Both the position numbers and the translations under genes were made by a program. The notes beneath the pieces were generated by a model. It saw only the letters and a program-made list of their open reading frames with translations, was not told where the DNA came from and did not search any database. From NCBI GenBank assembly GCA_002317215.1, contig DCJD01000027.1, forward strand, positions 1 to 48,578: 48,578 nucleotides of DNA. Direction: 5' to 3'. This stretch comes from Bacillales bacterium UBA1709 (GTDB lineage Bacteria > Bacillota_I > Bacilli_A > RFN20 > UBA1709). Of this stretch, positions 1 to 9,273 are shown one piece after another. Every line of letters starts with the position of its first letter. Position 1 is the stretch's first letter.

Positions 1-429
1 AATGACAATGGTGCATTAGATGCTGATGATGGAATACTTATGAATGGAGGAACTTTGATTGCTCTTGGAAGTAGTGGAATGGCAGAGATACCTTCTTCTA
101 ATTCCACCCAAGCTTGTGTTGGGTGGAATATTGGAAGTAATATGAGTACAAATACCAGCGTTACATTTCAAGTAAATGGAAATACAGTCTTGCAAGTTGC
201 ATCTCCTAAGTATTTCTCAAGTGTTGTTGTATCTTCATCTTCATTAAAAGTTGGAGATAGTATAGTATTAACTGTTGGTTCACAATCTAAATCTACTACT
301 ATATCTTCTATCATAACTACATACGGAACATTTAGCGGTGGAGGAATGGGTGGACAAAATGGACCAGGAGGTCAATTTGGTCCTGGTGGAGGAGGATATA
401 ATCCTAGTCCATTTGGTCCTAGAAGATAA
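1..429 (+). CDS. C-terminal part of a Cthe_2159-like carbohydrate-binding domain protein (runs in from before the window)
   Basis: Frame +1 is open from base 1: NDNGALDADDGILMNGGTLIALGSSGMAE, then a Ser/Thr-rich beta region and a Gly-rich tail (GGMGGQNGPGG). This matches the Cthe_2159 family as I recall it. The ATG at 40 is internal. Confidence 0.65.
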   Translation, partial: NDNGALDADDGILMNGGTLIALGSSGMAEIPSSNSTQACVGWNIGSNMSTNTSVTFQVNGNTVLQVASPKYFSSVVVSSSSLKVGDSIVLTVGSQSKSTTISSIITTYGTFSGGGMGGQNGPGGQFGPGGGGYNPSPFGPRR

Positions 430-440
430 TAAAATAATAG

Positions 441-468
441 GTCTCTGTTAACAAAGAGACTTTTTATT
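441..468 (+). terminator. Rho-independent terminator
   Basis: GTCTCT-gttaacaa-AGAGAC followed by TTTTTATTT. Confidence 0.75.
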
Positions 469-469
469 T

Positions 470-475
470 TATAAT
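470..475 (+). promoter_or_regulatory. -10 box (TATAAT) 7 nt before the HAD ATG; leaderless-type
   Basis: TATAAT-taagtat-ATG with no Shine-Dalgarno sequence. Confidence 0.55.
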
Positions 476-482
476 TAAGTAT

Positions 483-1100
483 ATGAGTAAATATAATTTA
501 ATCTTTGATTGTGATGGAACTATATTTGATAGTTATGATTCAATTTGTGAATGGATTTTTAGAGTATTTAAAAGTTTAGGCATAGAAACAGATATTAATA
601 ATATAAGACATGATTGTTTATCAGAAGATGTTAATTATGCTATTGAACAGGTATGTTTGAAACATAATTTAGATTTTAAGACGGTTAAAGAAATATCTAA
701 TTCTTTTGAACAAAATCTTGATTTAATAAAACCTTATCCTAACTTAAATAAAGTATTAGATAATAATTTATTTGATTGTTATATTTATACACATAGAGGA
801 GTTACATGCAATGAATTATTAAAAAGAAACAAATTAGAAGATAAGTTTGTTGAAGTGGTAAATAAAACATATGGTTTTAAAAAGAAACCAGATCCTCAAG
901 CAATAGAATACCTTATTAATAAATATAAATTAGATAGAAATAAGACATATTATATCGGGGATAGAATAATTGATATAAAGTGCGGGAAGAATTCTAATAT
1001 CAAAACGATATTTTATAAATCTAATCCATTTAATATAGAATGCAATGATGCCAATTTATGTATTAATGATCTTGATGATATTAATAAAATACTAATTTAA
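483..1100 (+). CDS. HAD-IA family phosphatase
   Basis: Motif I DCDGT, KPDP, and motif IV GDRIIDI. Confidence 0.9.
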   Translation: MSKYNLIFDCDGTIFDSYDSICEWIFRVFKSLGIETDINNIRHDCLSEDVNYAIEQVCLKHNLDFKTVKEISNSFEQNLDLIKPYPNLNKVLDNNLFDCYIYTHRGVTCNELLKRNKLEDKFVEVVNKTYGFKKKPDPQAIEYLINKYKLDRNKTYYIGDRIIDIKCGKNSNIKTIFYKSNPFNIECNDANLCINDLDDINKILI

Positions 1101-1202
1101 TTTATTTCGAATACTTATAAAACTCTACCAAAAATAGAGATTATCACTCTTTATATACTTTAATTTGAGAGTATAATTTATCTCTAAATAGAGGTATTTA
1201 GT

Positions 1203-2087
1203 ATGGGAAGAACTGATAATTTAGTATTATTTGTGGATAGTGATTGTGATATCACATTAAAACAAGCAAATAAGTTAGGTGTTAATTTAATAATTATGCC
1301 ATATACAATAGATGGCAAAGAGATTAAACCATATATTGATTATGAAGATTTTAATTCTAAAGAATATTATGGTTTATTAAGAGATGGTGTTATGCCAAAA
1401 ACTGGTGCATTATCTCCTATTGATTATGTAAAGTATTTTGAACCATTCTTTAAAGAAGGAAAAGATATCTTATATGTCCATTTTAGTAGTGCAATGAGTG
1501 GGACATTTAATTCTATGCATATCGCATATGAACAATTATTAGATTCTTATCCAGATAGAAAATTATATGAGATTGATACAAAAGGAATTACTATTAATTC
1601 ATACGGTTTAGCAATGGAGTTAATTGATAAATATAATAACGGAGATAGCATTGAAGAGCTTCTTGAGTTTGGCAATAAAGAAAATGATAAATGGGCAACA
1701 TATTTTTATGTTGAAAGTTTAGATTTCTTTAGAAGAAGTGGACGTGTTAAGTCTTTATCTGCTTTTATGGGAAATATCATTGGTATTAAACCAATTATCT
1801 ATTTTGATAATGATGGTTTAATGAATCCATATACTAAAGTAAGAGGTATAATGGCAGCTAACAATAAACTTGTTGATTTTATGGAAGAGATTGGAGATAA
1901 TATCAAAGATCATAAGGTTATTATTGGTCATACAGATAGTATTGATAACGTTAATTTATTAAAAGAAAAGATTATAGAAAGATTTGGAGATAGTTTAGAT
2001 ATTGAGATTGTTGATATCAACCCTACTATTGGATGTCATTGTGGTCCTGGAGGAGTTGGTGTTTGTTTCCATGCTAAACATAGATAA
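1203..2087 (+). CDS. degV: DegV/FakB-family fatty-acid-binding protein
   Basis: DSDCD N-terminal motif, SSAMSGTFNS, RSGR, IKPII and GCHCGPG; SD AGAGGT; TATAAT at 1172-1177. Confidence 0.92.
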   Translation: MGRTDNLVLFVDSDCDITLKQANKLGVNLIIMPYTIDGKEIKPYIDYEDFNSKEYYGLLRDGVMPKTGALSPIDYVKYFEPFFKEGKDILYVHFSSAMSGTFNSMHIAYEQLLDSYPDRKLYEIDTKGITINSYGLAMELIDKYNNGDSIEELLEFGNKENDKWATYFYVESLDFFRRSGRVKSLSAFMGNIIGIKPIIYFDNDGLMNPYTKVRGIMAANNKLVDFMEEIGDNIKDHKVIIGHTDSIDNVNLLKEKIIERFGDSLDIEIVDINPTIGCHCGPGGVGVCFHAKHR

Positions 2088-2089
2088 TT

Positions 2090-3205
2090 ATGGTTGAGAT
2101 TAAAGAAGTAGTAAGTAAGAAAGATATAAGGAAGTTTATTAATTTTCCATTAGATTTATATGATGGGAATAAGTTTTTTGTTCCACCTTTATATATTGAT
2201 GAATTAAAGATGTTTAAAAAGAATTATGTTTACAATGATCAATGTGAACATAAATGTTTTTTAGCATATAAAGATAATAAGGTAGTCGGAAGAATTCAAG
2301 TAATTTTACAATATGCATCTAATGAAAAATGGAAACAAAAAAGAGTAAGATTTACTAGATTTGATAGTATAGATGATCAAGAAGTAGCAAATGCTTTATT
2401 TGATAAAGCTAAAGAATATGCTAAATCAAAAGGAATGAATGAAATTGTAGGTCCTTTAGGATTTAGTGATTTAGAAAGAGAAGGATTACTAATTGAAGGT
2501 TTTAATGAATTATCTACTTTTGAAGAACAATATAACTATGAATATTATCCTTTATTAATTGAGAATTATGGATTTGAAAAAGAAGTAGACTATGTTGAAA
2601 GAGAATTAAGAAAGCCATTAGTAAAAGATGAAAGAATGAAAAGATTATCGAATAGAATGCTAGAAAGATTTAATCTTCATTATGGTAAAGCTAATAGTTC
2701 TAGAGATTTCTTGAGAAAATATGGCGATAAAATATGTGAAATAATAGATAAGACATATGTTGATATATATGGTACTGTTCCTTTTACTAATAGAATGAAG
2801 AAATTAATGATTGATAATTTTAAACTAATTATTAATCTAAAATATGTCGCAGTTATATTAGATGAAAATGATAATATGGTTTGTTTTGGTATATGTTTAC
2901 CAAGTATTGCAAAGGCAGTTCAAAAATCAAAAGGCAGACTAACTATTCCTTGTATTATTAGAATCTTAAAAGCAATTAGGAAACCAGAAGTTATTGATTT
3001 ATGTTTAATTGGTGTATTACCAGAATATGCCTTAAGAGGAATTAGTTCATCAATAATTAGTAATGTTATGGATATGTTAGAAAATGGATTAGAACACGCT
3101 GAAACTAATTTAAATCTAGTAACTAATCAAGCAATAATCTCTCAATGGAAAGTATTTGATAATAGAGTTCATAAATATAGAAGAGTCTATGTAAAAAAGA
3201 TATAA
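2090..3205 (+). CDS. YghO-like double-GNAT acyltransferase (family that includes bacterial ceramide-synthase-like proteins)
   Basis: FINFPLDLY...FVPPL, VVGRI, GPLGFSDLEREGLLIEGF and YNYEYY motifs; starts 2 nt after the degV stop. Confidence 0.7.
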   Translation: MVEIKEVVSKKDIRKFINFPLDLYDGNKFFVPPLYIDELKMFKKNYVYNDQCEHKCFLAYKDNKVVGRIQVILQYASNEKWKQKRVRFTRFDSIDDQEVANALFDKAKEYAKSKGMNEIVGPLGFSDLEREGLLIEGFNELSTFEEQYNYEYYPLLIENYGFEKEVDYVERELRKPLVKDERMKRLSNRMLERFNLHYGKANSSRDFLRKYGDKICEIIDKTYVDIYGTVPFTNRMKKLMIDNFKLIINLKYVAVILDENDNMVCFGICLPSIAKAVQKSKGRLTIPCIIRILKAIRKPEVIDLCLIGVLPEYALRGISSSIISNVMDMLENGLEHAETNLNLVTNQAIISQWKVFDNRVHKYRRVYVKKI

Positions 3206-3222
3206 TTTATTTGGTGATTAAA

Positions 3223-3681
3223 ATGAATAAATTTATGGAACTTGCAATTAATGAAGCAAGAGTTGGTATTAGAAACGGGCATGGTGGTCCATTTGGATGT
3301 GTTGTAGTTAAAGATAATCAAGTCATATCTAAAGGACACAATCAAGTATTAAAAAATCATGATTCAACATGTCATGGCGAGATAGATGCTATTAGAAAAG
3401 CAGAACAAATTCTTCAAACTCATGACTTAAAAGGTTGTGTTATCTATACCACTGGTGAACCATGTGCAATGTGTTTAGCAGCATGTAAATGGGCTAATAT
3501 TGAACATGTATATTATGGATGTAGTATTGAAGATAACTCTATTATTGGTTTTAGAGATGAAGAAATGGATAATATGTTTGGTGGCAGAAACAATCTAAAA
3601 GGATATTTAGAACAAATAGATCATAAAGAATGTTTAGAATTGTTTAATGAATATAAATCCATTAAACATATAATTTATTAA
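3223..3681 (+). CDS. guaD: Zn-dependent nucleoside/guanine deaminase (CDA fold)
   Basis: GGPFG, HGE and EPCAMC motifs. The ATG at 3223 follows SD GGTGA, so it is preferred over the TTG at 3211. Confidence 0.75.
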   Translation: MNKFMELAINEARVGIRNGHGGPFGCVVVKDNQVISKGHNQVLKNHDSTCHGEIDAIRKAEQILQTHDLKGCVIYTTGEPCAMCLAACKWANIEHVYYGCSIEDNSIIGFRDEEMDNMFGGRNNLKGYLEQIDHKECLELFNEYKSIKHIIY

Positions 3682-3693
3682 CATATTTAAACT

Positions 3694-3720
3694 AACCCTA
3701 GATTAATCTAGGGTTTTATT
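3694..3720. terminator. Rho-independent terminator (perfect palindrome)
   Basis: AACCCTAGATTAATCTAGGGTT followed by TTATT. Confidence 0.85.
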
Positions 3721-3750
3721 TATAAGCATATAAATTATGTTAATAAATTA

Positions 3751-3759
3751 TGCTATAAT
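3751..3759 (+). promoter_or_regulatory. Extended -10 promoter 7 nt before the dapL ATG; leaderless-type
   Basis: TGcTATAAT-atggcgt-ATG with no SD. Confidence 0.65.
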
Positions 3760-3766
3760 ATGGCGT

Positions 3767-4918
3767 ATGAAAATTAATAAAAATTTATATAGTTTAGAAA
3801 ATCCAAATAGTTTCTATACTGCAACATCAAAGATTAGAGAATATAAAGAAAAACATCCATCTAATAAAGTTTTATCACTTGGTATTGGAGATGTTTCTTT
3901 TCCAATTGCAAAATATGTTAAAAAGAAAATGATAGAAGCAGTTAAAAGAGAAGCTAGTAAAGAATATGTTGGATACGGGAATTATTATGGATTATATGAA
4001 TTAAGAAAAGCTATTAGAGATAATGAATATCAAGATTTTGATATTGAAGAGATATATGTAAGTGATGGAACTAAGACAGATAGCGGATCTATTTTAGAAA
4101 TGTTTGATAAGGATGTTAGTATTGCGATACCAGATCCAACATATCCAATATATATTAATTCTTGTCTTTCTTTATCTAAGAATTATGAATTAATAGATAG
4201 CGATGATAGTTTTGTTCCACTTATTCCAAATAAACATTATGATGTTATTTATTTATGCAGTCCTAATAATCCTAGTGGATTATCTTATACATATGAGCAA
4301 TTAGAAAGATGGGTTAAGTATGCTATTAAGGAGAAAGCAATTATTATCTATGATAATGTTTATAATTGTTTTATTAGTAATGGTATTAAATCAATATATG
4401 AGATTAAAGATGCTAAAAGATGTGCTATTGAGTTAAGAAGTTTTTCTAAAACTGCTAGTTTTACAGGGATTAGATGTTCTTATTATGTAATACCAAATGA
4501 ACTAGAAAAAGATATTAATAAATATTGGAGATATCGTACTATTTCTAGATTTAATGGAGCTAGTTATATTGCACAAGTTGGAGCGCTTGCATCATTTAAT
4601 CATAAAGCTAAAAAAGAGATTAATAAAAATATACAAGTATATAAAGATAATGCTTTATATTTATTAAATGAATTTAAGAAATTAGGATATGAAGTTATTG
4701 GTGGAGTAGACGCACCTTATCTATGGATTAAGATTAAAAATGGTTTAAGTAGTTGGGAACTCTTTGATTTATTTTTAAATAAGTTAGAAGTGGTTATTGT
4801 TCCAGGTATTATATTTGGTAATAAGGGAGATAAGTATTTTAGAGTCAGTAGTTTAGGTAAAACAAAAGATATTAAAGAAGCAATGGGAAGAATTAGAAGA
4901 TATGAAGAAAGTTTATAA
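3767..4918 (+). CDS. dapL: LL-diaminopimelate aminotransferase-like PLP enzyme (class I/II)
   Basis: SLGIGDVSFP, SDGTKTD, CSPNNPSG, and ELRSFSKTASFTGIRC with the PLP lysine; start reassigned from 3737 to the ATG at 3767. Confidence 0.8.
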   Translation: MKINKNLYSLENPNSFYTATSKIREYKEKHPSNKVLSLGIGDVSFPIAKYVKKKMIEAVKREASKEYVGYGNYYGLYELRKAIRDNEYQDFDIEEIYVSDGTKTDSGSILEMFDKDVSIAIPDPTYPIYINSCLSLSKNYELIDSDDSFVPLIPNKHYDVIYLCSPNNPSGLSYTYEQLERWVKYAIKEKAIIIYDNVYNCFISNGIKSIYEIKDAKRCAIELRSFSKTASFTGIRCSYYVIPNELEKDINKYWRYRTISRFNGASYIAQVGALASFNHKAKKEINKNIQVYKDNALYLLNEFKKLGYEVIGGVDAPYLWIKIKNGLSSWELFDLFLNKLEVVIVPGIIFGNKGDKYFRVSSLGKTKDIKEAMGRIRRYEESL

Positions 4919-6071
4919 TTATTTAACTATATTAAGTTTATTTATCGGCCTATTAATTGGTTTTCTTTTACCATCTTTTGCAACAAATATTGCTTTTTTA
5001 GGTAAACATTATATTAATATTTTAAAGATCATTATAGGACCTGTTATATTTGTCTCATTAGCAGTTTCAATTATTAATTCTAAAAGAGGCGAGAGCAAAT
5101 TTGTCCTTAAAACAGTAGGATTATTCATTTTAATGTTTATTGTTACATTCTTATTAACTAGTTTAATTGTTGGTATTATTAAGCCAGGATCTAGCTTTGT
5201 AAGTGATGAAATTAAAGATCCTAGTAGTAGTGCTGACTTTACTATCTTATCTATATTTAAAAATTTACTCCCTAAAACATTAAAAGGTTTCTTAATGGGT
5301 GGAAATATATTCTTTGTAATCTTATTATCGTTATTTATTTCTTTAATTTTTAAGTTTACACCACTAAAAGAAACCTATGGTAATGTGATGGGTTATATTA
5401 AAAAGATCTTAGATATTATTTTAAAAATTATTATCTATTTAACTCCTATTGCTGTTATATCATTAATATCTAATATGGTTGTTATGTTTGGTAACTTATC
5501 TATTAAGATGGGTATTATTTATATCGTAATGGCATATATATGTAGTGTTATCGCATTAATTGTTGTAATGATTATACCAGTTTGGTTAATAGCAAAAATT
5601 AACCCATTAGAATATATTAAGAAAGTATCAAAAGTATGGCTTGTTAGTTTAACTACTTGTAGTAGTGTGGCTACATTACCTCATACTATTAAATGCTGTA
5701 ATGAAGATTTTAATATAAATGAAAAGATAACTAGTGTTGTAGTTCCTCTTGGTTGTACAATTCATATGTGTGGAGGAGCAGTATCGTTTAGTTTACTTGG
5801 TTTATTTGTAAGTCAATTATCTAATATTAGTATTACATTACCTTTATTTATATTAATGATAATATCTGCAACTTTAATTAATATGGCGGCACCTGGAATT
5901 CCAGGAGGTGGAGTAGTAATTGGATTTACTTATTTATCTTTACTTGGTTTACCAATAAATACTTTCTATGGTTTCTATAGTGGGGTATATAAACTACTTG
6001 ATATGCCTTATACTACATTAAATGTTACTGGTGATATAAGTGCTAATATCTTACTAAATCATAATAATTAA
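4902..6071 (+). CDS. Dicarboxylate/amino-acid:cation symporter (DAACS/SDF family)
   Basis: TCSSVATLP, VVPLGCTIHMCG, APGIPGGG and TTLNVTGD; multi-TM; overlaps the dapL end by 17 nt. Confidence 0.88.
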   Translation: MKKVYNYLTILSLFIGLLIGFLLPSFATNIAFLGKHYINILKIIIGPVIFVSLAVSIINSKRGESKFVLKTVGLFILMFIVTFLLTSLIVGIIKPGSSFVSDEIKDPSSSADFTILSIFKNLLPKTLKGFLMGGNIFFVILLSLFISLIFKFTPLKETYGNVMGYIKKILDIILKIIIYLTPIAVISLISNMVVMFGNLSIKMGIIYIVMAYICSVIALIVVMIIPVWLIAKINPLEYIKKVSKVWLVSLTTCSSVATLPHTIKCCNEDFNINEKITSVVVPLGCTIHMCGGAVSFSLLGLFVSQLSNISITLPLFILMIISATLINMAAPGIPGGGVVIGFTYLSLLGLPINTFYGFYSGVYKLLDMPYTTLNVTGDISANILLNHNN

Positions 6072-6078
6072 TAAATAT

Positions 6079-6119
6079 AAGAAGACTTTTCTACCATAAA
6101 TAGACTTGTCTTCTTTTTT
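6079..6119 (+). terminator. Probable terminator with a long loop
   Basis: AAGAAGAC ... GTCTTCTT followed by TTTT. Confidence 0.5.
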
Positions 6120-6148
6120 ATTTGTGTATAATAAGAAAGGTGATAAAT

Positions 6149-7006
6149 ATGAGCATAATAAATATTAAAAACTTAACAAAATATTATGGTAAATCTAAAG
6201 GTGTAGAAAATCTAAATTTAGTTGTTGAAAAAGGTGATTATTTTGGTTTTATTGGGCCAAATGGTGCTGGTAAATCTACTACTTTAAGATTACTTCTTTC
6301 ATTAATTAAAAAAGATAGTGGAGAGATTAGTGTTTTTGATAAAGACATTAAAGATGAGGAGTATCTTAAAGATGTTGGATATTTACCAAGTGAATCATTT
6401 TTCTACAATAATATGAAAGTTATTGATGTCCTTAAATTAAGTAGTGATTTAAGGAATATTAATTGTGATGAAGAAAGAAATATTTTAGTTAATAGACTTA
6501 AACTAGATGTTAACAAGAAGATTAATGAGTTAAGTTTTGGAAATAGAAAGAAAGTTGGTATTGTTTGTGCTTTGCAACATAAACCTAAACTATTCATTTT
6601 AGATGAACCAACTACTGGACTTGATCCATTAATTCAAAAAGAGTTTTATAGCATCTTAAAAGAATATAATGATAGTGGAACTACCATTCTAATGTCGAGT
6701 CATGTATTAAGTGAGGTAGAAAATCATTGTAATAAAGCAGCTATTATTAAAAATGGAACAATTATAGCATCTGACTATGTAGATAAGTTGTCTAAAACGA
6801 CAGCCCATCAAATAAGTGTTAAAGGCAATATTAATATTGATGATTTTAAGGATATTAAAAACTATAAATATGAGAACGAAACACACAGTTTCTTATATAA
6901 TGGTGACATTAATGAACTAATTAAAGCATTATCAAAGTCTAAACTTGTCGACTTAAAGATTGAAGAGCCAAGTTTAGAGGAGATATTCTTGCATTATTAT
7001 AAATAG
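6149..7006 (+). CDS. ABC-2 type exporter, ATP-binding subunit
   Basis: Walker A GPNGAGKST, LSFGN signature, LDEPT and H-loop; SD AAGGTGA supports the ATG at 6149. Confidence 0.92.
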   Translation: MSIINIKNLTKYYGKSKGVENLNLVVEKGDYFGFIGPNGAGKSTTLRLLLSLIKKDSGEISVFDKDIKDEEYLKDVGYLPSESFFYNNMKVIDVLKLSSDLRNINCDEERNILVNRLKLDVNKKINELSFGNRKKVGIVCALQHKPKLFILDEPTTGLDPLIQKEFYSILKEYNDSGTTILMSSHVLSEVENHCNKAAIIKNGTIIASDYVDKLSKTTAHQISVKGNINIDDFKDIKNYKYENETHSFLYNGDINELIKALSKSKLVDLKIEEPSLEEIFLHYYK

Positions 7007-7017
7007 AGGTGATAATT

Positions 7018-7803
7018 ATGGTTTTATTAAAACATGAATTAAAACAAAACTTAAAATCTTTTGTTATTTGGACTATAGCATTATCACTTACAGTCATAAT
7101 GCTAGTTGGATTATATCCATCTATGAAATCACAAATGGATGAATTTACAGAAATGTTTAGTCAAATGGGTAGTTTTAGTAGTGCATTTGGAATGGATAAA
7201 GTTAGTTTTGGCACATTTACTGGATATTATAGTGTTGAAGTGAATAGTAGTCTTGGATTAACTGGTGCAATTTTTGCAGCATTAACTGGAGGAACTATTT
7301 TAAGCAAAGAAGAAAGCAATAAGACAAGTGAGTTTTTATTATCTCACCCTGTTAGTAGAAAAGATGTTGTAACAAGCAAGTTATTATGTGTTTTAATTGA
7401 GATTATCGCAATTAATATAATAATTTGGATAAGTTTAATTGTAAGTGTAATTTTAATAGGAGAGAGTGTAGATTTTAAATTATTATCTTTACTACATTTA
7501 GCAGTCTTATTGAATCAATTAATAATAGGACTAATAGCGTTCTTTATATCATCTTTCCAAGTTAAAGGATCTATTCCATTATCTATTGGTTTAGCAATGT
7601 TTTTCTATTTCTTAAATATAATTAGTAATATTACAGATACATTAGATTTTGTTAAATATCTAACTCCTTATTCTATTAGTGAAGGAGCAGATATTATAAA
7701 TAAAGAAGCAATTAACTATAAGTATTTAATAAGTGGATTCATATATAGTGCTTTATCAATTTATCTATCTTATAAAATATATCTAAATAAAGATATTAAA
7801 TAA
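7018..7803 (+). CDS. ABC-2 type exporter permease
   Basis: About 6 TM segments, KEESNKTSEFLLSHPVSR and KYLTP motifs; SD GAGGTG supports the ATG at 7018. Confidence 0.85.
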   Translation: MVLLKHELKQNLKSFVIWTIALSLTVIMLVGLYPSMKSQMDEFTEMFSQMGSFSSAFGMDKVSFGTFTGYYSVEVNSSLGLTGAIFAALTGGTILSKEESNKTSEFLLSHPVSRKDVVTSKLLCVLIEIIAINIIIWISLIVSVILIGESVDFKLLSLLHLAVLLNQLIIGLIAFFISSFQVKGSIPLSIGLAMFFYFLNIISNITDTLDFVKYLTPYSISEGADIINKEAINYKYLISGFIYSALSIYLSYKIYLNKDIK

Positions 7804-7820
7804 GCCCAAGAGGGCTTTTT
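7802..7820 (+). terminator. Rho-independent terminator
   Basis: AAGCCC-aaga-GGGCTT followed by TTT. Confidence 0.8.
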
Positions 7821-7915
7821 TAATATATTGCTTTATTTTCTATATAAAATATATTTAAGAATTATATATTTTAATTTATAATTAAAACACAATTATATTA
7901 GAAGGTAAGCATAAT

Positions 7916-8803
7916 ATGAATAAAGAAGGATATAAAAGAAGATTTGGAGATAAAAAAGACGCTAGATTAATAAGAGATAAAAGCTATGATACTAATCATT
8001 TTGTTATGGGTATCGTTTGGCCAACTAGAGTTGAAAATGAAGCATATATCTCTGCTAAAATAGATTTAACAGATACAGATAGATATTTAAAAGAGAAAAA
8101 TGAAGGTTTAAAAGATCCTAAGTTTTCTTTATTTATGATTATATGCGCTGCCATGGGTAAAGCATTTATTAATAGACCTAAGATGAATAGATTCTATCGT
8201 AAGAATAGATTATACGAAAGAAATCATGTATCAATTGGTTTCATCGTTAAGAAAGTTATTAGCGATGAAGGTGAAGAAGCAATGGCAAGAGTATATGTTG
8301 AACCAAATGATACATTAGAAACTTTATCTGAAAAACTTAAAAAAGAAGTTGAAGAAAGAAGAAGTGAAAAAATGGATAAGTCTAGTGATGATTTAAGAAT
8401 ATTAATGAAATTCCCATTCTTCATCGGTAAAACATTCTTAAGAATATTAAAATTTATTGGTTCAAGAACTAGTCTTCCAGAATCAATTACCGCAAGTGAT
8501 TTATGGTATTCTAGTATTGCCTTCTCGAATCTTGGCTCAATCGGATTAAATGCAGCTTATCACCATTTATCAAACTGGGGCACTAACTCTTTCTTTGTCA
8601 CAATAGGCGAGAAAAAGATTAGACCATTCTATGATAGAGACGGAAGTATGGAATTAAAAGATAGTATTGATATTGGTATGACTATTGATGAAAGAATTGC
8701 CGATGGTTATTACTATTCTAAAACTATTCGTTTGATGAAAAGATATATCATGCATCCTGAATTATTAGAAAAACCATTTAAAGAAGAGAAAGAATCTGAA
8801 TAG
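7916..8803 (+). CDS. Stand-alone 2-oxoacid-dehydrogenase E2-type acyltransferase catalytic domain (no lipoyl domain)
   Basis: FSNLGSIG and TIDERIADG (compare E2 TFDHRVIDG). Confidence 0.7.
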   Translation: MNKEGYKRRFGDKKDARLIRDKSYDTNHFVMGIVWPTRVENEAYISAKIDLTDTDRYLKEKNEGLKDPKFSLFMIICAAMGKAFINRPKMNRFYRKNRLYERNHVSIGFIVKKVISDEGEEAMARVYVEPNDTLETLSEKLKKEVEERRSEKMDKSSDDLRILMKFPFFIGKTFLRILKFIGSRTSLPESITASDLWYSSIAFSNLGSIGLNAAYHHLSNWGTNSFFVTIGEKKIRPFYDRDGSMELKDSIDIGMTIDERIADGYYYSKTIRLMKRYIMHPELLEKPFKEEKESE

Positions 8804-8813
8804 ATTCTTTTTT
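8789..8813. terminator. Bidirectional terminator between convergent genes
   Basis: AAAGAATCT-gaat-AGATTCTTT followed by TTT. Confidence 0.65.
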
Positions 8814-8835
8814 ATTTAAAAAGGGATTATTATCC

Positions 8836-9273
8836 CTAATTAAATAAATCATTAAATGATGAGTTTTGACTAGTTATTGTAGCATTAGAATAAGAATAGT
8901 CTAAGATAAACCATTTAGTTGTATCATATGTATGTTCAACATCATTTAATACTTCTTTAGAATCATTAACATATAAAATATTATTAGTTGTACTATCCCA
9001 ATAATAATATGTATTAATAGTGGATGGGGTTAAATCATCTAATAAAGAAGAATAGTTTAATGCTTTATATACATCGGATATAGATTCTATTTTAGAGTCT
9101 ACTTGATAATTTCTTAAGGCATTATTCATTTGTATAACAATATAGTTATCATTACTATTTTTAGCTTTATCTGTAAGTTTTGAATATGTAACTACTCCTA
9201 CTAAAGATAAGATACCAAGTATTGCCATTACTACTAATAATTCTACTAATGTGAAGGAATTTTTCTTATTCAT
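8836..9273 (-). CDS. Type IV pilin-like protein with a class III signal (prepilin N-methylation motif)
   Basis: MNKKNS|FTLVELLVVMAILGILSLVGVVTY, with Glu at +5 and Ser at -1; overlaps the upstream gene by 8 nt. Confidence 0.82.
   Translation of the reverse strand: MNKKNSFTLVELLVVMAILGILSLVGVVTYSKLTDKAKNSNDNYIVIQMNNALRNYQVDSKIESISDVYKALNYSSLLDDLTPSTINTYYYWDSTTNNILYVNDSKEVLNDVEHTYDTTKWFILDYSYSNATITSQNSSFNDLFN

Noticed and set aside
340-426. GGN-rich repeats at the end of the first ORF as a tandem repeat or array
   Set aside because: They are just Gly/Pro codons of a low-complexity protein tail, with no spacer-repeat structure.
1122-1196. Three successive CTCT...AGAG mini-hairpins before degV, the last covering the SD
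   Set aside because: The stems are only 4-6 bp, mostly weak, and match no riboswitch I know.
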